DNA from: Nemertoderma westbladi
Lineage: Eukaryota; Animalia; Xenacoelomorpha
Assembly: GCA_032718475.1 (NCBI GenBank)
Contig: JAUCBJ010001122.1
Coordinates: 1 to 47,375 of the forward strand
Reading direction: 5' to 3'
Length of the DNA: 47,375 nucleotides
Below the pieces are notes generated by a model. That model was not told the origin of the DNA and made no database searches. It saw only the letters and a program-made list of their open reading frames with translations. Below are positions 31,503 to 43,064 of this stretch, piece by piece. Position 1 is the stretch's first letter; the number at the start of each line of letters is the position of its first letter. Made by a program: the position numbers and the translations under genes.

Positions 31503-34370
31503 TTATTTTACGTAATTTAAGTTCAACATTTCACGAATACGCGAAACGCCATGTTGGCGACAGATAACAGACACACCCCGTAGGATGCTATTGTCAATGT
31601 TGTCAACCCTGTTGAACAAGCTCGTAATCGATTTATAACGTAAGTGAATGAATAAAGGTATATTCAGTAGACCAAATGTCAGAGAAATACTAGTGGATTC
31701 TCCATCAGTTATACGGGGTATTTTAAATAGAAATCTAGCACAATTATTGTATGCTACTCGTAGTTTATTATGTGCACTGTCAGAATAGCTGCGCTTTGCC
31801 CAGAGCGAGTTGCAATATATGGGGGTGCAATAGGCTCGGAATAAAGCAAGCTTAACTGGTCGGCTGCAATTGCCAAACTTGCGTAGCAACATATTACCAC
31901 GTGCGTATAAGCTATTGGTCTGCTTACGGATATCAAAATCGTCATCTAACGTACAATGTATTAAATGTCCTAAGTAGTTAAATTTATCAACAATATCAAG
32001 TTTCACATCATAAAGAAATACTGCGGACTTAGCGCTGCAGCTTATATCTCTTGGTAAAAAATACATACATTTAGATTTCTTCTTATTGAAAGTCATAGAG
32101 TTATTAGAGGCGTAACTAACAGCAACATCTATTAACTTTTGTAACCCGTAAATTGAGTTTGACAACAAACAGATATCATCAGCATAACCCAAGTGATTTA
32201 CCCTGATATTACCCATATAACATCCAACCCCGCTTAATGTTAATTGAATGCTTAAATCATCTAAATAAACATTGAAAAACAGGGGAGACAGAATGCCACC
32301 CTGTTTTGTACCATTAGTCACCGTAAATTTCGGTGAGACTATACCCACCCAAACAACACACATCAACTGCGACCTATACCAATAAATAATCAGACGCACA
32401 ATATATAGGGGAATATTTCGATCAATAAGTTTGCGAAAAAGTACAAAGTGGTTAACTTTGTCAAAAGCTTTGCTGGCGTCTAGCATACACACATAAACGG
32501 GTGTGTTCTTACTTAAATAATAATTGAGAATCTCTTTTAGGGCATATACGCAGGTTTCAGTGCCAAGCTTCGACTTGAAGCCAAACTGGTTATCGGTAGT
32601 GTACAGTAGGGATAGACACCTATGTAAGATAACATTTTCTAAAATTTTACTGAGCACTGTAGCAATTGAAATACCTCTATAATTATCCTTAGACGTGTGG
32701 TCATCATTCTTATCCTTAATTAACGGAATTATAATAGATTCCATCATACCAATCGGCATGTAACCGTGGACAAAAATACCAGTAAAAATAATAGATAGAA
32801 TATTTAACAAAGAAACACAACAGCCATTTATAAAGTGTTCCGCCAGAAGGCCATCTGGGCCGACGGCCTTGCCACGAGACAGATTATTAATCGCCATAAA
32901 TGTTTCAACAGGAGATACAATATTATCAGCACCAAAACCGGTTTCCTTCAAACGACTGTGTACAAACTCTCGACTGGAGTCATCTTTAACACTATTTAGT
33001 AGATCATCAAAATGTGATTTCCACATATCGCAGATTTCCCCTGGCCCATTTGCATCACCTACCCTGCTAGGGAGTGGAGCAAAATCGCACGCTTGTTTAT
33101 GAACCCCAGACCAAAATTCATTACTGCTAGTGCCTTTAATAAGGGCATTTGCGAGTTTATCCTCTCGAAATTTTTGTTCATTACGTTTACATTCCCGAAG
33201 AGAACGTTTAAATTGTGCTTTGCTGCACAGGTATTTCCTATGAATTTCACCATCCCTTGGAGATCCAATAGACCGCCAAGTTTTAAGCCATTTTCTGGAC
33301 TCCTCGTATTTATCTTTTACAACATCATTCCAGCCAGGAATGTGGGGGGCAGTGTTACTTTTAGTTTTCCGTGGACTAATAGTAGCATTACCACATGTTA
33401 GCAAAATATGCACCAGGTTATTATACAATTCATCTATATACTTCTTATGAGTTTCACAGTTTGTATCATTGCACACAATAAATGACTCATCAATTGGAAA
33501 AAATTCTAAAAGTTGACGAGCCTTAATGAGATAGTTATTAATTTGCAAAGGTGTGGCGTGTTCCCAATCCAGAGTATTACACGATTTATGTTGCTGAGCA
33601 GGAGTGCCGCCAGCACTTTGTCTATTAACTGTGCCACATATAGACACACTGATAGGAATATGGTCCCTAACACTAATATCGTAGTTCACATTGATGTTTT
33701 TTATCAGCTCAATAGCAGATTGGGAACATACAACATGATCCAACCACGATGTTGACGAATGTGCGTCACTCACGTAAGTAAACGTATTGGCTGGCAATAA
33801 CACTGTATCAATAATAGACAGATTTAACTCACTGCACCATTCAGATAGATAATTATAGAATAATCTGCCTGGGTTGGCGTTAAAATCACCGAAAATCAAC
33901 AAATGAGAATGAGGTACAGATTCATAAATGGCCTTTAGGCTCCCAAGACAGTTACTATAAAGGTCATCATTATCAGGGCATTCATATGGCATATAAACAT
34001 TAAGAATTAATAAAATATCATTATTATTCAACTTAACAGTTATCCCAAAAACCCTATCATTACCTGTTTTAATTATAGCGGTAGAGTGCGCTATGGATTT
34101 TTTCCAAAGTATACCGATACCCCCAAAGGGCCTGCCAACTAATATCTGACTAGATAGATCAACGGGTGACGTACCAAAAGCATTGTAGTTAGGGTGTATA
34201 TTAGACAGAAATGACAACTCCTGCTTAGGGAGCATTAGTTCTTGCAGTAATAACAAGTCACACCCATTATTACAAGCATCATTAATTACATGTAGTGAGT
34301 GCAAATTTCTAACAGACCCACAGTTATACGAAACAAAACTTAGGTTGAGGTTAAAGCTTTCATCCGCCAT
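31503..34370 (-). CDS. LINE ORF2: APE endonuclease + reverse transcriptase (955 aa)
   Basis: SYNC, LLLQE, GDFNA, SWLDH, RDHIP (APE); KAVGPDG, QFGFK, LDASKAFD, QGGILSP, YADD, YLG (RT). Uninterrupted. Confidence 0.97.
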   Translation of the reverse strand: MADESFNLNLSFVSYNCGSVRNLHSLHVINDACNNGCDLLLLQELMLPKQELSFLSNIHPNYNAFGTSPVDLSSQILVGRPFGGIGILWKKSIAHSTAIIKTGNDRVFGITVKLNNNDILLILNVYMPYECPDNDDLYSNCLGSLKAIYESVPHSHLLIFGDFNANPGRLFYNYLSEWCSELNLSIIDTVLLPANTFTYVSDAHSSTSWLDHVVCSQSAIELIKNINVNYDISVRDHIPISVSICGTVNRQSAGGTPAQQHKSCNTLDWEHATPLQINNYLIKARQLLEFFPIDESFIVCNDTNCETHKKYIDELYNNLVHILLTCGNATISPRKTKSNTAPHIPGWNDVVKDKYEESRKWLKTWRSIGSPRDGEIHRKYLCSKAQFKRSLRECKRNEQKFREDKLANALIKGTSSNEFWSGVHKQACDFAPLPSRVGDANGPGEICDMWKSHFDDLLNSVKDDSSREFVHSRLKETGFGADNIVSPVETFMAINNLSRGKAVGPDGLLAEHFINGCCVSLLNILSIIFTGIFVHGYMPIGMMESIIIPLIKDKNDDHTSKDNYRGISIATVLSKILENVILHRCLSLLYTTDNQFGFKSKLGTETCVYALKEILNYYLSKNTPVYVCMLDASKAFDKVNHFVLFRKLIDRNIPLYIVRLIIYWYRSQLMCVVWVGIVSPKFTVTNGTKQGGILSPLFFNVYLDDLSIQLTLSGVGCYMGNIRVNHLGYADDICLLSNSIYGLQKLIDVAVSYASNNSMTFNKKKSKCMYFLPRDISCSAKSAVFLYDVKLDIVDKFNYLGHLIHCTLDDDFDIRKQTNSLYARGNMLLRKFGNCSRPVKLALFRAYCTPIYCNSLWAKRSYSDSAHNKLRVAYNNCARFLFKIPRITDGESTSISLTFGLLNIPLFIHLRYKSITSLFNRVDNIDNSILRGVSVICRQHGVSRIREMLNLNYVK

Positions 34371-34491
34371 TGTTAAGGTTGGAAAGTGTCAGAATAAGAC
34401 ATTGATTAAAGAAAGAAATATAAACATTTTATAAAAAAAAAAATATATATATTTATACATAAAATAATACAAATGATACAAAAATTATACT

Positions 34492-35796
34492 TCAAACATC
34501 AACCGGAGCACTACCGGTTTGATCACTATTCGAAATGCCTACCATTCCACCTCGGGAGTTGACGACAGCAGCGGGGTTGTCACGCAAGTAGCCAACAAAG
34601 TCCCTGATGCGAGTATACATTGGCCACACTGTGGGATCGAGAAGTTGTTCCCTCTCACCAGACTTGCATGATATTACAAACGAGGACACCCTCGCTTCGT
34701 CACGGGATATCCTGACGCAGGAAACATCAAAACCAGACACTTCCTTCACATGCTTGATAAGCACTTCCGGCTGAACATTTGGGGCACACCCGGTAACAAA
34801 TATCTTCTTCACTGGTTGAATCGTGGCGAAAGAGGTACTAGAAGATGAACCCTGCACAAAAATCCGTTGTTTTGCGTTTCTTGAACGGGGGGCCGGATTA
34901 CCAGGCCTCCGCAGTTGATTCGTCTGAAAGGCAACAGTATTGGTGATGGGGTCAGTAGAACCGCGTTTGTCAACGACTGGATGCCGCCTAACAGCCCGGT
35001 GTTTGCCATCGCGGCCAACCGGGATAAAGCTTACAGAGTCATTGTCTGAGTCATCAGAGCGCATCGGAGGAGCAGCCGTGGATGCAACCATACTGTAAGA
35101 TCGAGAAGAGTTGGCGTTGCAATTCGGTACCGGAAGCTGTATATCAATTGGTCGATGTGGATGTCTATGAGCAGGCATAGGTGGGGGGTTGATGTCACTT
35201 TCTGGAACTCTCCCGACATTGTTACGAAAGTCTGTCGAATGACTACTGGTACCAGTAACGGCACTCTTACCGGTAGACACAGAGCTGCTATCTGCAGTAG
35301 GTCGCAAGCAGACAGACTCGACCACTGCTAAGCGATCCTGAAGTTTACTGAGCTGCCTTAAAAGGAGGGCAGTATCAGCCTCACACAATGAGAATGGCGG
35401 AATTAACGTCAGATCTTTAGGAACAGGGTTGAAGTCAGGAGAAGCTTCTACGTTACTGTAATCCATATCTGCTCCTATAGGCCTACTACCGGTAGAAGAG
35501 AAGCCTGAGTAGTCAAAGATATCCAAAATGTCATAGATAACGTTACGGCGAAAGAGTTCGCCGCTATGGCGAACCTTAGAGAAAGGTTGTTTAGACTTTT
35601 CGCGATCCGCAACCGGTATAAGCTCAAGGAGAACACGTTTGGCCTCCTTAAACATGGCATCACTAAAGCGGGGCCATGGCACTAGGATAGCCAACATCGA
35701 ATCCCTGGTATAGCCCTTGGTGTGGGCAGTCCAGAGATATGCTAAAACATCATTGGCGACATGCAAACAGTGTAAACGATTACACTCAGACTCCAT
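34492..35796 (-). CDS. LINE ORF1 (434 aa)
   Basis: Long ORF just upstream of ORF2; N-terminal NDVLAYL...AKRVL block, short coiled coil, C-terminal RRM-like KKIFVTGC...SSFVI...WP..TRIRDF. Confidence 0.9.
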   Translation of the reverse strand: MESECNRLHCLHVANDVLAYLWTAHTKGYTRDSMLAILVPWPRFSDAMFKEAKRVLLELIPVADREKSKQPFSKVRHSGELFRRNVIYDILDIFDYSGFSSTGSRPIGADMDYSNVEASPDFNPVPKDLTLIPPFSLCEADTALLLRQLSKLQDRLAVVESVCLRPTADSSSVSTGKSAVTGTSSHSTDFRNNVGRVPESDINPPPMPAHRHPHRPIDIQLPVPNCNANSSRSYSMVASTAAPPMRSDDSDNDSVSFIPVGRDGKHRAVRRHPVVDKRGSTDPITNTVAFQTNQLRRPGNPAPRSRNAKQRIFVQGSSSSTSFATIQPVKKIFVTGCAPNVQPEVLIKHVKEVSGFDVSCVRISRDEARVSSFVISCKSGEREQLLDPTVWPMYTRIRDFVGYLRDNPAAVVNSRGGMVGISNSDQTGSAPVDV

Positions 35797-37076
35797 CAGT
35801 CAGTTAGTTTAAAACAGAACGGCATGCAACCGGTTAATTGCTGAATTCAGAATTGAATTGAATTGCATTATTCAATATTCATAAATCCAACTGTCCCATC
35901 AGCGGCTGAAGGCGGGCAGTTCGACTGAAATATGAATTCGGTCTAGATTGCTGACATTCAGAGTGCACTGACAAGTGGGGGCTGCATGTGGTGCAATGGG
36001 TTGTCCTATAGGATAATCTGCAAATTGTGGATGGCCGAGCTGGGCGAGAATGTCCACTAAAAGACAGTTGGCAGCCACTGCTGCCACATGTTGTTCCCAA
36101 TGTTCTTGTTGTTGCTCTTCCACACAGCATTGCGTGTTTTCCTGCTACTGAGCCATGAGTTCCAGGAGTTGCACGCTGGGTTGGCCACCGGTAGCCACGC
36201 GGGAGAGTGTATCAGCGATCTGAGTGTTAAGTTTCTTTTGAAGTGTTGCATCGGATGTTTTCGATATCGTCGGGATACTGGCGTCAGTACAATACTGAAT
36301 CAGTGAAGGGAGCCGCAGGGGAGAGGTCTTACCAACCAAGATCCTCAGTAGAGGAAGCAAGCATCGTTATCCACTGTCATACCATGAGCTTTGAGGACGT
36401 TGGAAAGCATTGGGATACCGAACATGTGGCGCTGAAGTTTAGCACTGAAGGCACGTAGGAACAGAACTACTGCGCAGCGCCATGTAATGTTCTTGGTTCG
36501 TAGTATTATAAACTATTACAACGTACAAAACAAACAGAACACAATAAACCGATAGCGACTTCAGTACTCTGTACCCTGTACAGTACACTGAGCAGTTGTA
36601 CCTGCTTTTATACAAAAAGCACCGACAGAAATGGAATGCGCAGAACGAATGCAATGTTCTCGAATGAAAGGAATGTTCTATCTAATCACAACTGCATATG
36701 GGGCGAGCCACATGCAAATATTGTCTAACCTGCATTTGGGGCGAGCAATATGCCATATTTTTTATATCACCGCCATATGGATATCACTACAATTAAGGTT
36801 CAGGTACATTAATTAAGGAAACTTATGGATGGAACACACAGAATCCTTCTAATATTTATAATTTTTAAGGAATACAATATTACTAAACACTAATTCCATC
36901 ATCTTGAATACTTTATAAAGTAAATACTGTACATTAGTTGCCGTAGTTACTGACTGTATAAATTGATCATTGACTCATTTCAAAAAATTATCAAAACTTA
37001 ATGATTTATACTGTTTTTTAGTTTTCGAATTAAAATTTAAGATAGCAGCCTCCTCTCCAAGTTAAAGTATTCAAAA

Positions 37077-37787
37077 ATGGGCTATCATCATACCAGATCA
37101 CTCTATGCACTTTACATGGCAGTAAACATTACTGTTTGTTACAGTGAAATATGTTATCATGAAGTTGTAGTAAATGTTACTACTACTAATCAAGTGTTAC
37201 AACAAGAGATGCTTGATAAATTGGCAAAATTAGAACGTGGCAATGAACGTTGGTTCGAATATACTGGGTTCACAACTTCTCGATATGAAATAGAAAATAT
37301 TCGAGACAATTGCACCGAATGTCTTGAAGTTTACTTCCGAATTATCAGTGTTCATGAAGATAGTGGTGATGAGATCTTGCTTGAAGCATATGTTCATAGG
37401 TGCATCAAAGAGGATAATGAGATTCCAGCGGAACGGATCTGCTTTGCTCTAGATGAAGAGAGATGCATACTATTCGTGAATCAATATGAACAAGACCGCC
37501 GTGCAGAAGATGGCGATGCCGACCCTGGCCAAGATCGCTTTGTACGCCAGTTTTCGTATGTTAAGGATTATATGCTATTCGGATTGTCCGTCACATACGA
37601 TTCATGTCAAATCAAGTGCTGTGCTGGTAAGTGTCCTGGTCACCTAACCTGGAAAGTTGGTTTAGCTACAACAACTAGCAGCATTGATACAACAGAAGAG
37701 TTTGTCACCACAGAAAGCAGTTCGGTGATCCCCAAACCTCTAATAGCTATGGTTTTATTGATGGTTACATTTAATGCGGTAGCTTAA
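37077..37787 (+). CDS. Single-exon secreted / probably GPI-anchored Cys-rich protein of unknown family (236 aa)
   Basis: ATG in CAAAAATGG context; signal-peptide-like N-terminus; about 10 Cys; Thr/Ser stalk (TTTSSIDTTEEFVTTESSS); terminal hydrophobic tail LIAMVLLMVTFNAVA with no cytoplasmic part; AATAAA at about 37920. Confidence 0.72.
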   Translation: MGYHHTRSLYALYMAVNITVCYSEICYHEVVVNVTTTNQVLQQEMLDKLAKLERGNERWFEYTGFTTSRYEIENIRDNCTECLEVYFRIISVHEDSGDEILLEAYVHRCIKEDNEIPAERICFALDEERCILFVNQYEQDRRAEDGDADPGQDRFVRQFSYVKDYMLFGLSVTYDSCQIKCCAGKCPGHLTWKVGLATTTSSIDTTEEFVTTESSSVIPKPLIAMVLLMVTFNAVA

Positions 37788-38221
37788 ATGAATTTATTTG
37801 AGCAATTCAGACTGAGAATGCCATTCAAACTTTACTTAACTCATAAACTATATCATCCAAATACTCATGACTTTGTAATAATTATTATAAACTAAAATTA
37901 TAATATTTAATATAATATAAATAAATTATATATTATAGGGGCCTAATATCATATATCATAATATAGACCTATTTATATATATATACTATAGGCCATATAT
38001 CTCTAAAGGCCTATGTCATCATTTTGAACAGAAAAATGTTAAACGACATATATACATATACAATGCTATAAATTCACATTTTCAGGTTTTCTGTGGCGCT
38101 GATTATAATGGAATGCGCTTGTAATTTTTCGGATCATTGCTACTCGTATTTTTTGGCATATGGTAATTGTTGGTGCTCGATCCAACGTTGGTGATGTAAA
38201 TGTTGGTGATGTATGATCCAT

Positions 38222-40551
38222 TTGTTTCGTAGGAAATACAGGAGCTCTATACAAGACTGTAATGCATTTACACTTCGACCCTTCTCCAGTGATCACCGCC
38301 TTATTGTGGCCAAGGTAAGACTTAGTCTGCGTGCTAGCAGAACAACGAAATCTGCCTTGCCGCGGCATGACTGGTCCTCTCTGTTGCAACAGCCAAGTGT
38401 GAGATCCAGCTTCACACTACAGCTGAGCAACAGGTATGAGGCTCTTGCCTCTGAGGCGGCAGATCACTGTGAGGGCTATACTGCCTTTACAGAGGCAGTT
38501 AAGTTAGCAGCTGCAGAAACAGTTCCTGTATACCCTCGAAACAGGAAAAGGGCCCCCTGGACTGACAACAAAATTCAGAAGTGCCGAAATGACCTTCATA
38601 AGGCGCAGAAAGAGTCCCGACTCAAACAGACAACAGCGGCCAAGAATGCAGTTAAGGCTGCATCTAGGTCCCTGAACAGGCAGTACTCTGTTAATCTACA
38701 TGAGCTAATAAACCAACAGGTTGATGCCATCAATGATGCTGACGACAGCAGGCAATCATCCCAGGCATGGAAATCGATCAATCTGCTTACTGGGCGGAAA
38801 AGCCAACCAACCACCAAGGTTAAGGCTGAATCACCATCCGATCGCCTCAATGGTTGGAAAGCCCACTTTGAAAAGCTCCTCAATAATGACAGGGTATTGC
38901 CTGATAACTTTATAGAAGTAAAAGTGTCTGAGTCTGTACTCCCAGATATTCCCATTGGCGATATCTCCTTTGCAGAAGTGAAGGCTGCTGCAAAGAGCAT
39001 TAAGACCAATCGTGCCAGTGGAGTAGATGGTGTTCCCCCTGAGGTCTTTAAAATACCTGAGTGTTTAAAGCTCATCTATCCCATCATAGTAGACATGTAC
39101 CGAACAACAAGAGTCCCACAAGAAATGAAAACAAATAAGTTGGTGCCAGTTCCCAAGAAGGGCAACCTAACACTCTATGGTTCTTTTCGGGGAATCTCAT
39201 TGATATCGATTGCTGCAAAGCTATACAATAGGATTTTATTAAATCGCATCAGGGATCCCATTGAGAGACTGCTCCGTGGAAATCAGAATGGGTTCCGTAA
39301 AGGTCGTGGGACCATGGAGCCCATTTTGGCACTTAGAAGGATAATTGAAGAATTATCAAAAAAGAAAGACAGGCATCTGCCTGTTATCTTTGTTGACTTC
39401 TTCAAGGCCTTTGTTTCAGTCTCTCGGTCACGTATGTTCAGCATACTTTCATTATATGGGATTCCTGATTCCTGATTGCAGCAACATCAGTATCACGATC
39501 AGTATACGATGGTTCGATAACATTTGTGTCTACTGTTGACGGTGACACAGAACCATTTGAAGTGTTATGGGGCGTCCTCCAAGGAGACACACTTGCACCA
39601 TTCTTGTTCATTATTGTGGTTGACTATGTTCTACGCATGTCCTTAGATCATCATAATGATAATGGGGTGATGATAACTCCACCTACTGGCTCCGGAAGTC
39701 GAGGAAATCCTGCCAAGTACCTAACTGATCTAGACTTTGCTGATGACTTAGGAGTACTCTCAGAATCATTAGAGGGAGCCCAACGGCTCCTCAGCTCATT
39801 AGAACATGCTGCTTCTAGTGTTGGTCTTTTTATTCAAAATCCTCCATCATTCTGACAGTTAACTTTGAAAGTCCTCAGCAAGTCTCTGATCGGATGAGCA
39901 TAAGCTCAAAGGATGGTATGCTTGAGCATGTGGACGACTTCTGTTACCTGGGATCATGGATCCGTAGTCAGGTGAGGACCTTCGAATACGCAAGGGAAAG
40001 GCATGGGCAGCCCTGAATAGGCTTTCCAGGATTTGGAAGTCACCTAGAATTAATCGGAAACTTAAGGTCCGATTATTTAGAGCAGCAGTAGTTCCAGTAC
40101 TCCTCTACGGGAGTCCATGCTGGGCTCTAACTGCTGAGGACACCAAATCTCTGGATGGCACATTCACAAGAATGCTACGCCGGGTTCATTGTGTCAAGTA
40201 CAATGCACACATCTCCAACCAGACACTATATAACATTGGAGGTGTCTCATTGGTTCCCCCAAGCTTGACACGAGAACAAAATCGCCTCCGCTTTGCAGGA
40301 CATTGCTTTCGCCGTGAGGACCAGCCAGTGCATAATCTTGTACTTTGGCAGCCTCATGGAGTGAATAAGCATGGTGGACAGCCCATGACTTTCTTGAGAC
40401 GCATCTTAAAGGACACTGGCCTTAAAGATGCGGATGATCTAGCAAATGTCATGGGTGATAGGGAGTTGTGGCGGTGCAATTTTGTTGACAAGCCGGCACA
40501 GCATTCTTAAAAATGCAGCTGCAATGCAGCATGCCGATCCTAGTAGTAGTA
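38222..40551 (+). mobile_element. 5'-truncated, frameshifted RTE-type LINE
   Basis: APE end SDHRL, RT QNGFR, DFFKAF, GVLQGDTLAPFLF, DLDFADD, C-terminal RLRFAGHC spread over several ORFs; (TAG)n tail; TSD GTATGATCCAT (38211-38221, 40549-40559). Confidence 0.93.
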
Positions 40552-41333
40552 TGATCCATATTATGTACTTGTGTCTTTAGCAGTTAGATCCCAGCGAGCA
40601 TCACAGGCACCACCGCTGCAAGGAAAAGTGTGCATTTAAATAACTTTTGAAGTATTTATCATAAACGTACTTGAGGTAGATTGAGATATTGAATCAAATA
40701 TACAACGTAACTACAAATCCTTTCTTTCCATTGACACTCCTCTGATTTCCATACCAAACCCTTGACTGGATTTGCCGACAACAGGAACTCTGGTCGAGAC
40801 CAAAGTGAGCTTGACTAAGCCGAGAAGGTAAATATTATCAGCTAAAGACATGCACAAGAATCGTTGAGGGATTCCAAACTACGTAGACCGGATGGAATCT
40901 ACTCACATTTCTTATTATTATGAAACGCGAAGCTATTTTGTAGCCTATCAATCGTATTAATTAATTACATTTATATATTATATTTTTTGAAATCATTAAC
41001 GTGTACTGTATTTCATTATGTCGTAACGTCCAATAGACGATACTTTAGAAAAAATGAGCAAAGAAAATGGTGACAGTGTTCAGTAAAACTGAACAAATGC
41101 AGACAATGACTCAGTTTACTTCAGTCAACCAAGGTGAAGATGGATCAAAGATTTATCACATCCATGCAGGAGATAACTTCCAATAAACTTTAATTCGATT
41201 TAAATGTATAATTAATACTGTATACCAGTGTACCTGTTAATAAATTTCACTTATATTCGAAATAGTACATGATTAGAATGTATAAATGAGCATCCTTAAA
41301 ATCCTTTCTTCACATACCAAACGCTTTATAAAT

Positions 41334-41819
41334 ACTAGAAAGCCAGCAAGCTGGCTTTAAACGAACCTGCCCCTCAAACCAGTACCGCAGTACCCTGAGT
41401 GAGCAAAAATGGAAACACGAAAATTGCCATCAACTCAACGATAGAAACACCAGCTGCTGGTACTCATGTGGGCCTAGTAAGCTACTACTATTTATTGAAT
41501 GGATAGGCCCAAACTGCAGAGAAGTATATTACTTGCCAAATTTATTACTATCTCACTCGAACCCAGACAGTAATCAAACATCAACTGTAAGTTTGTTATT
41601 ACCCCACCAGATGAATAGCTCTTCCCAGTGAATCCTATGACAATATTCTATAAGGTTACTCACTGCTATGTTAGATGGGAGGCCAAGTAATTGAATTGTA
41701 AGCACTGGGCCGTTTAAATGGTTTATAGGTTGATGATAATGAATGAGGAGGGACCCAACTAACACTACGTTTGTCTATATGGACGGTCTCATTATAGCCA
41801 GCTGGCTGGCTTTTGTAGT
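41334..41819. mobile_element. MITE-like element with hairpin-containing TIRs
   Basis: ACTAGAAAGCCAGCAAGCTGGCT ... AGCCAGCTGGCTGGCTTTTGTAGT imperfect inverted termini. Confidence 0.6.
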
Positions 41820-42284
41820 TGAATCATATTATTCTGCAACCAAATAATTTACTCTTTTAGACGAATTTGTGCGTTTTTTGCCGGACTAACAAATTTTGGC
41901 GACGTTCTGTGCGAGATTGGCGATATTTGAAAAGATTCTGAGGCTCAAATAAGTTTCTCAAATGACTGAATAGCCCAAATAAAAACGTTGGTGCATACTC
42001 GACGAGTTGAAATCGGTGAAATTCGACATTAAATTTTCAAAACCGCTATTTTTCACTGACCCCGTGATCGAAACGCCACAAAAAATATACAGTCTTGTGC
42101 GCAACCAAAATTTATGTAGACTTTGTTATTAAACATTTTGCGTACCTGCTTGAGTTTTTGAAATATTGGATGGTTATACATACACACACAACCACATCGT
42201 GTTTTTGAACGGCTCAACTCTTGACAAGAACTACCCTGGACTATTAATAGGCAGGTTCGTTATAAGTTGACATAATAACAAAAT

Positions 42285-42435
42285 TACATACATCATTGCT
42301 TGCAAAGGTCACTTTTCAGCGTTAAAAACCCTTGCTTATTAATGTAGACCTCCCTCGCTACGCTCGCTCGGTACATCAATATTCTCGGGTCATAACGCTG
42401 CAAAGTGCTACTTTGCACACAATGATGTAAATGGT
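42285..42435. mobile_element. Short imperfect palindrome, Crypton-V-like non-autonomous element
   Basis: TACATCATTG..TGCAAAG..CACTTT.CAGCGTTA..ACCC pairs with GGGTCATAACGCTGCAAAGTG..CTTTGCA..CAATGATGTA around a central CTCGCTACGCTCG. The palindrome is seen; the family name is from memory. Confidence 0.55.
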
Positions 42436-43064
42436 TAGGGCTAGTTTCCCTAGCAATATGCAAAAATTAACAATAAACAAAAATATGTTATCGTTGGAGG
42501 TTTTCCAATGTCTAGACAGTATCCCATATGAAAGAGAAGGCCGAATTTAGAGTGATGGGAGTGTATTGCTGCCAGCGTTTGGTGTGGGGCCCCTGATGGT
42601 GTGGTGGTGACGAGGGGTGTTGGGTGCGCCAGTCATATTTACCCAGAACGGTCGCGCATATGACCTCAAATTACCGAAGAACGTTTAACAATATCGTAAT
42701 AATTAAAAAAAACCTGACAAAAACGGATTTCTTCAATACATACATCATTTATAAAAGTTTATATTTCGTATTCTTTATATAATTTACATACATATGTTTA
42801 TTCAGCGGCAAAATTACATAATTATCAATTTGGGAAAATGCCCTAAGTAACGGCATATTACAGTACAAACACACATGCAAATTTAACCTGTTCTTCAGTA
42901 ACGACGCTATTGTATAGTTTAGGTTAGAACAGCCTGATATTTTAACCTGTTCCTAATCCTTAATTCATGTTTAACATTGTTGATAATAATATGTTCATTT
43001 GGTATTTGCCATATCCATCTTCCACTCATGAAGCCTTCTCCTCTAAATCTTTGTAACAAGAAAG

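Larger units (their letters stand above)
31322..35886 (-). mobile_element. Apparently full-length two-ORF non-LTR retrotransposon (RTE-X/Proto2-like), nested in the Mag-like gag
   Basis: Intact ORF1 and ORF2, (TAA)n tail at 31322-31335, TSD CCAACT (31316-31321, 35887-35892). Clade assignment is tentative. Confidence 0.92.
28855..36791 (-). mobile_element. Old, internally deleted Mag-like Gypsy LTR retrotransposon hosting a nested LINE
   Basis: Diverged LTRs 28855-29169 and 36483-36791 (..ATCACTACA ends); TSD ATTAA (28850-28854, 36792-36796); PBS TGGCGCTGCG at 36482-36473 (tRNA-Ser-like); PPT AAGGAGGG at about 29170-29177. Remnants include knuckle CCGCGKKGHFQQVC and RNase H ATIEL*LVAVVWGIQKFHNFLLG...DHEPLV. 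Confidence 0.88.

Noticed and set aside
24207-36816. Many short alternative-frame and antisense ORFs over the retroelements
   Set aside because: Shadow ORFs of TE coding regions, LTRs or frameshifted gag remnants; no independent evidence.
38213-38221. ATG start of the 420-aa ORF
   Set aside because: It lies within the target-site duplication, so it is host sequence fused to a 5'-truncated LINE.
38066-40640. Host exon interrupted by the RTE insertion
   Set aside because: Rejoining the flanks gave stops in the frames I examined and no recognisable protein.
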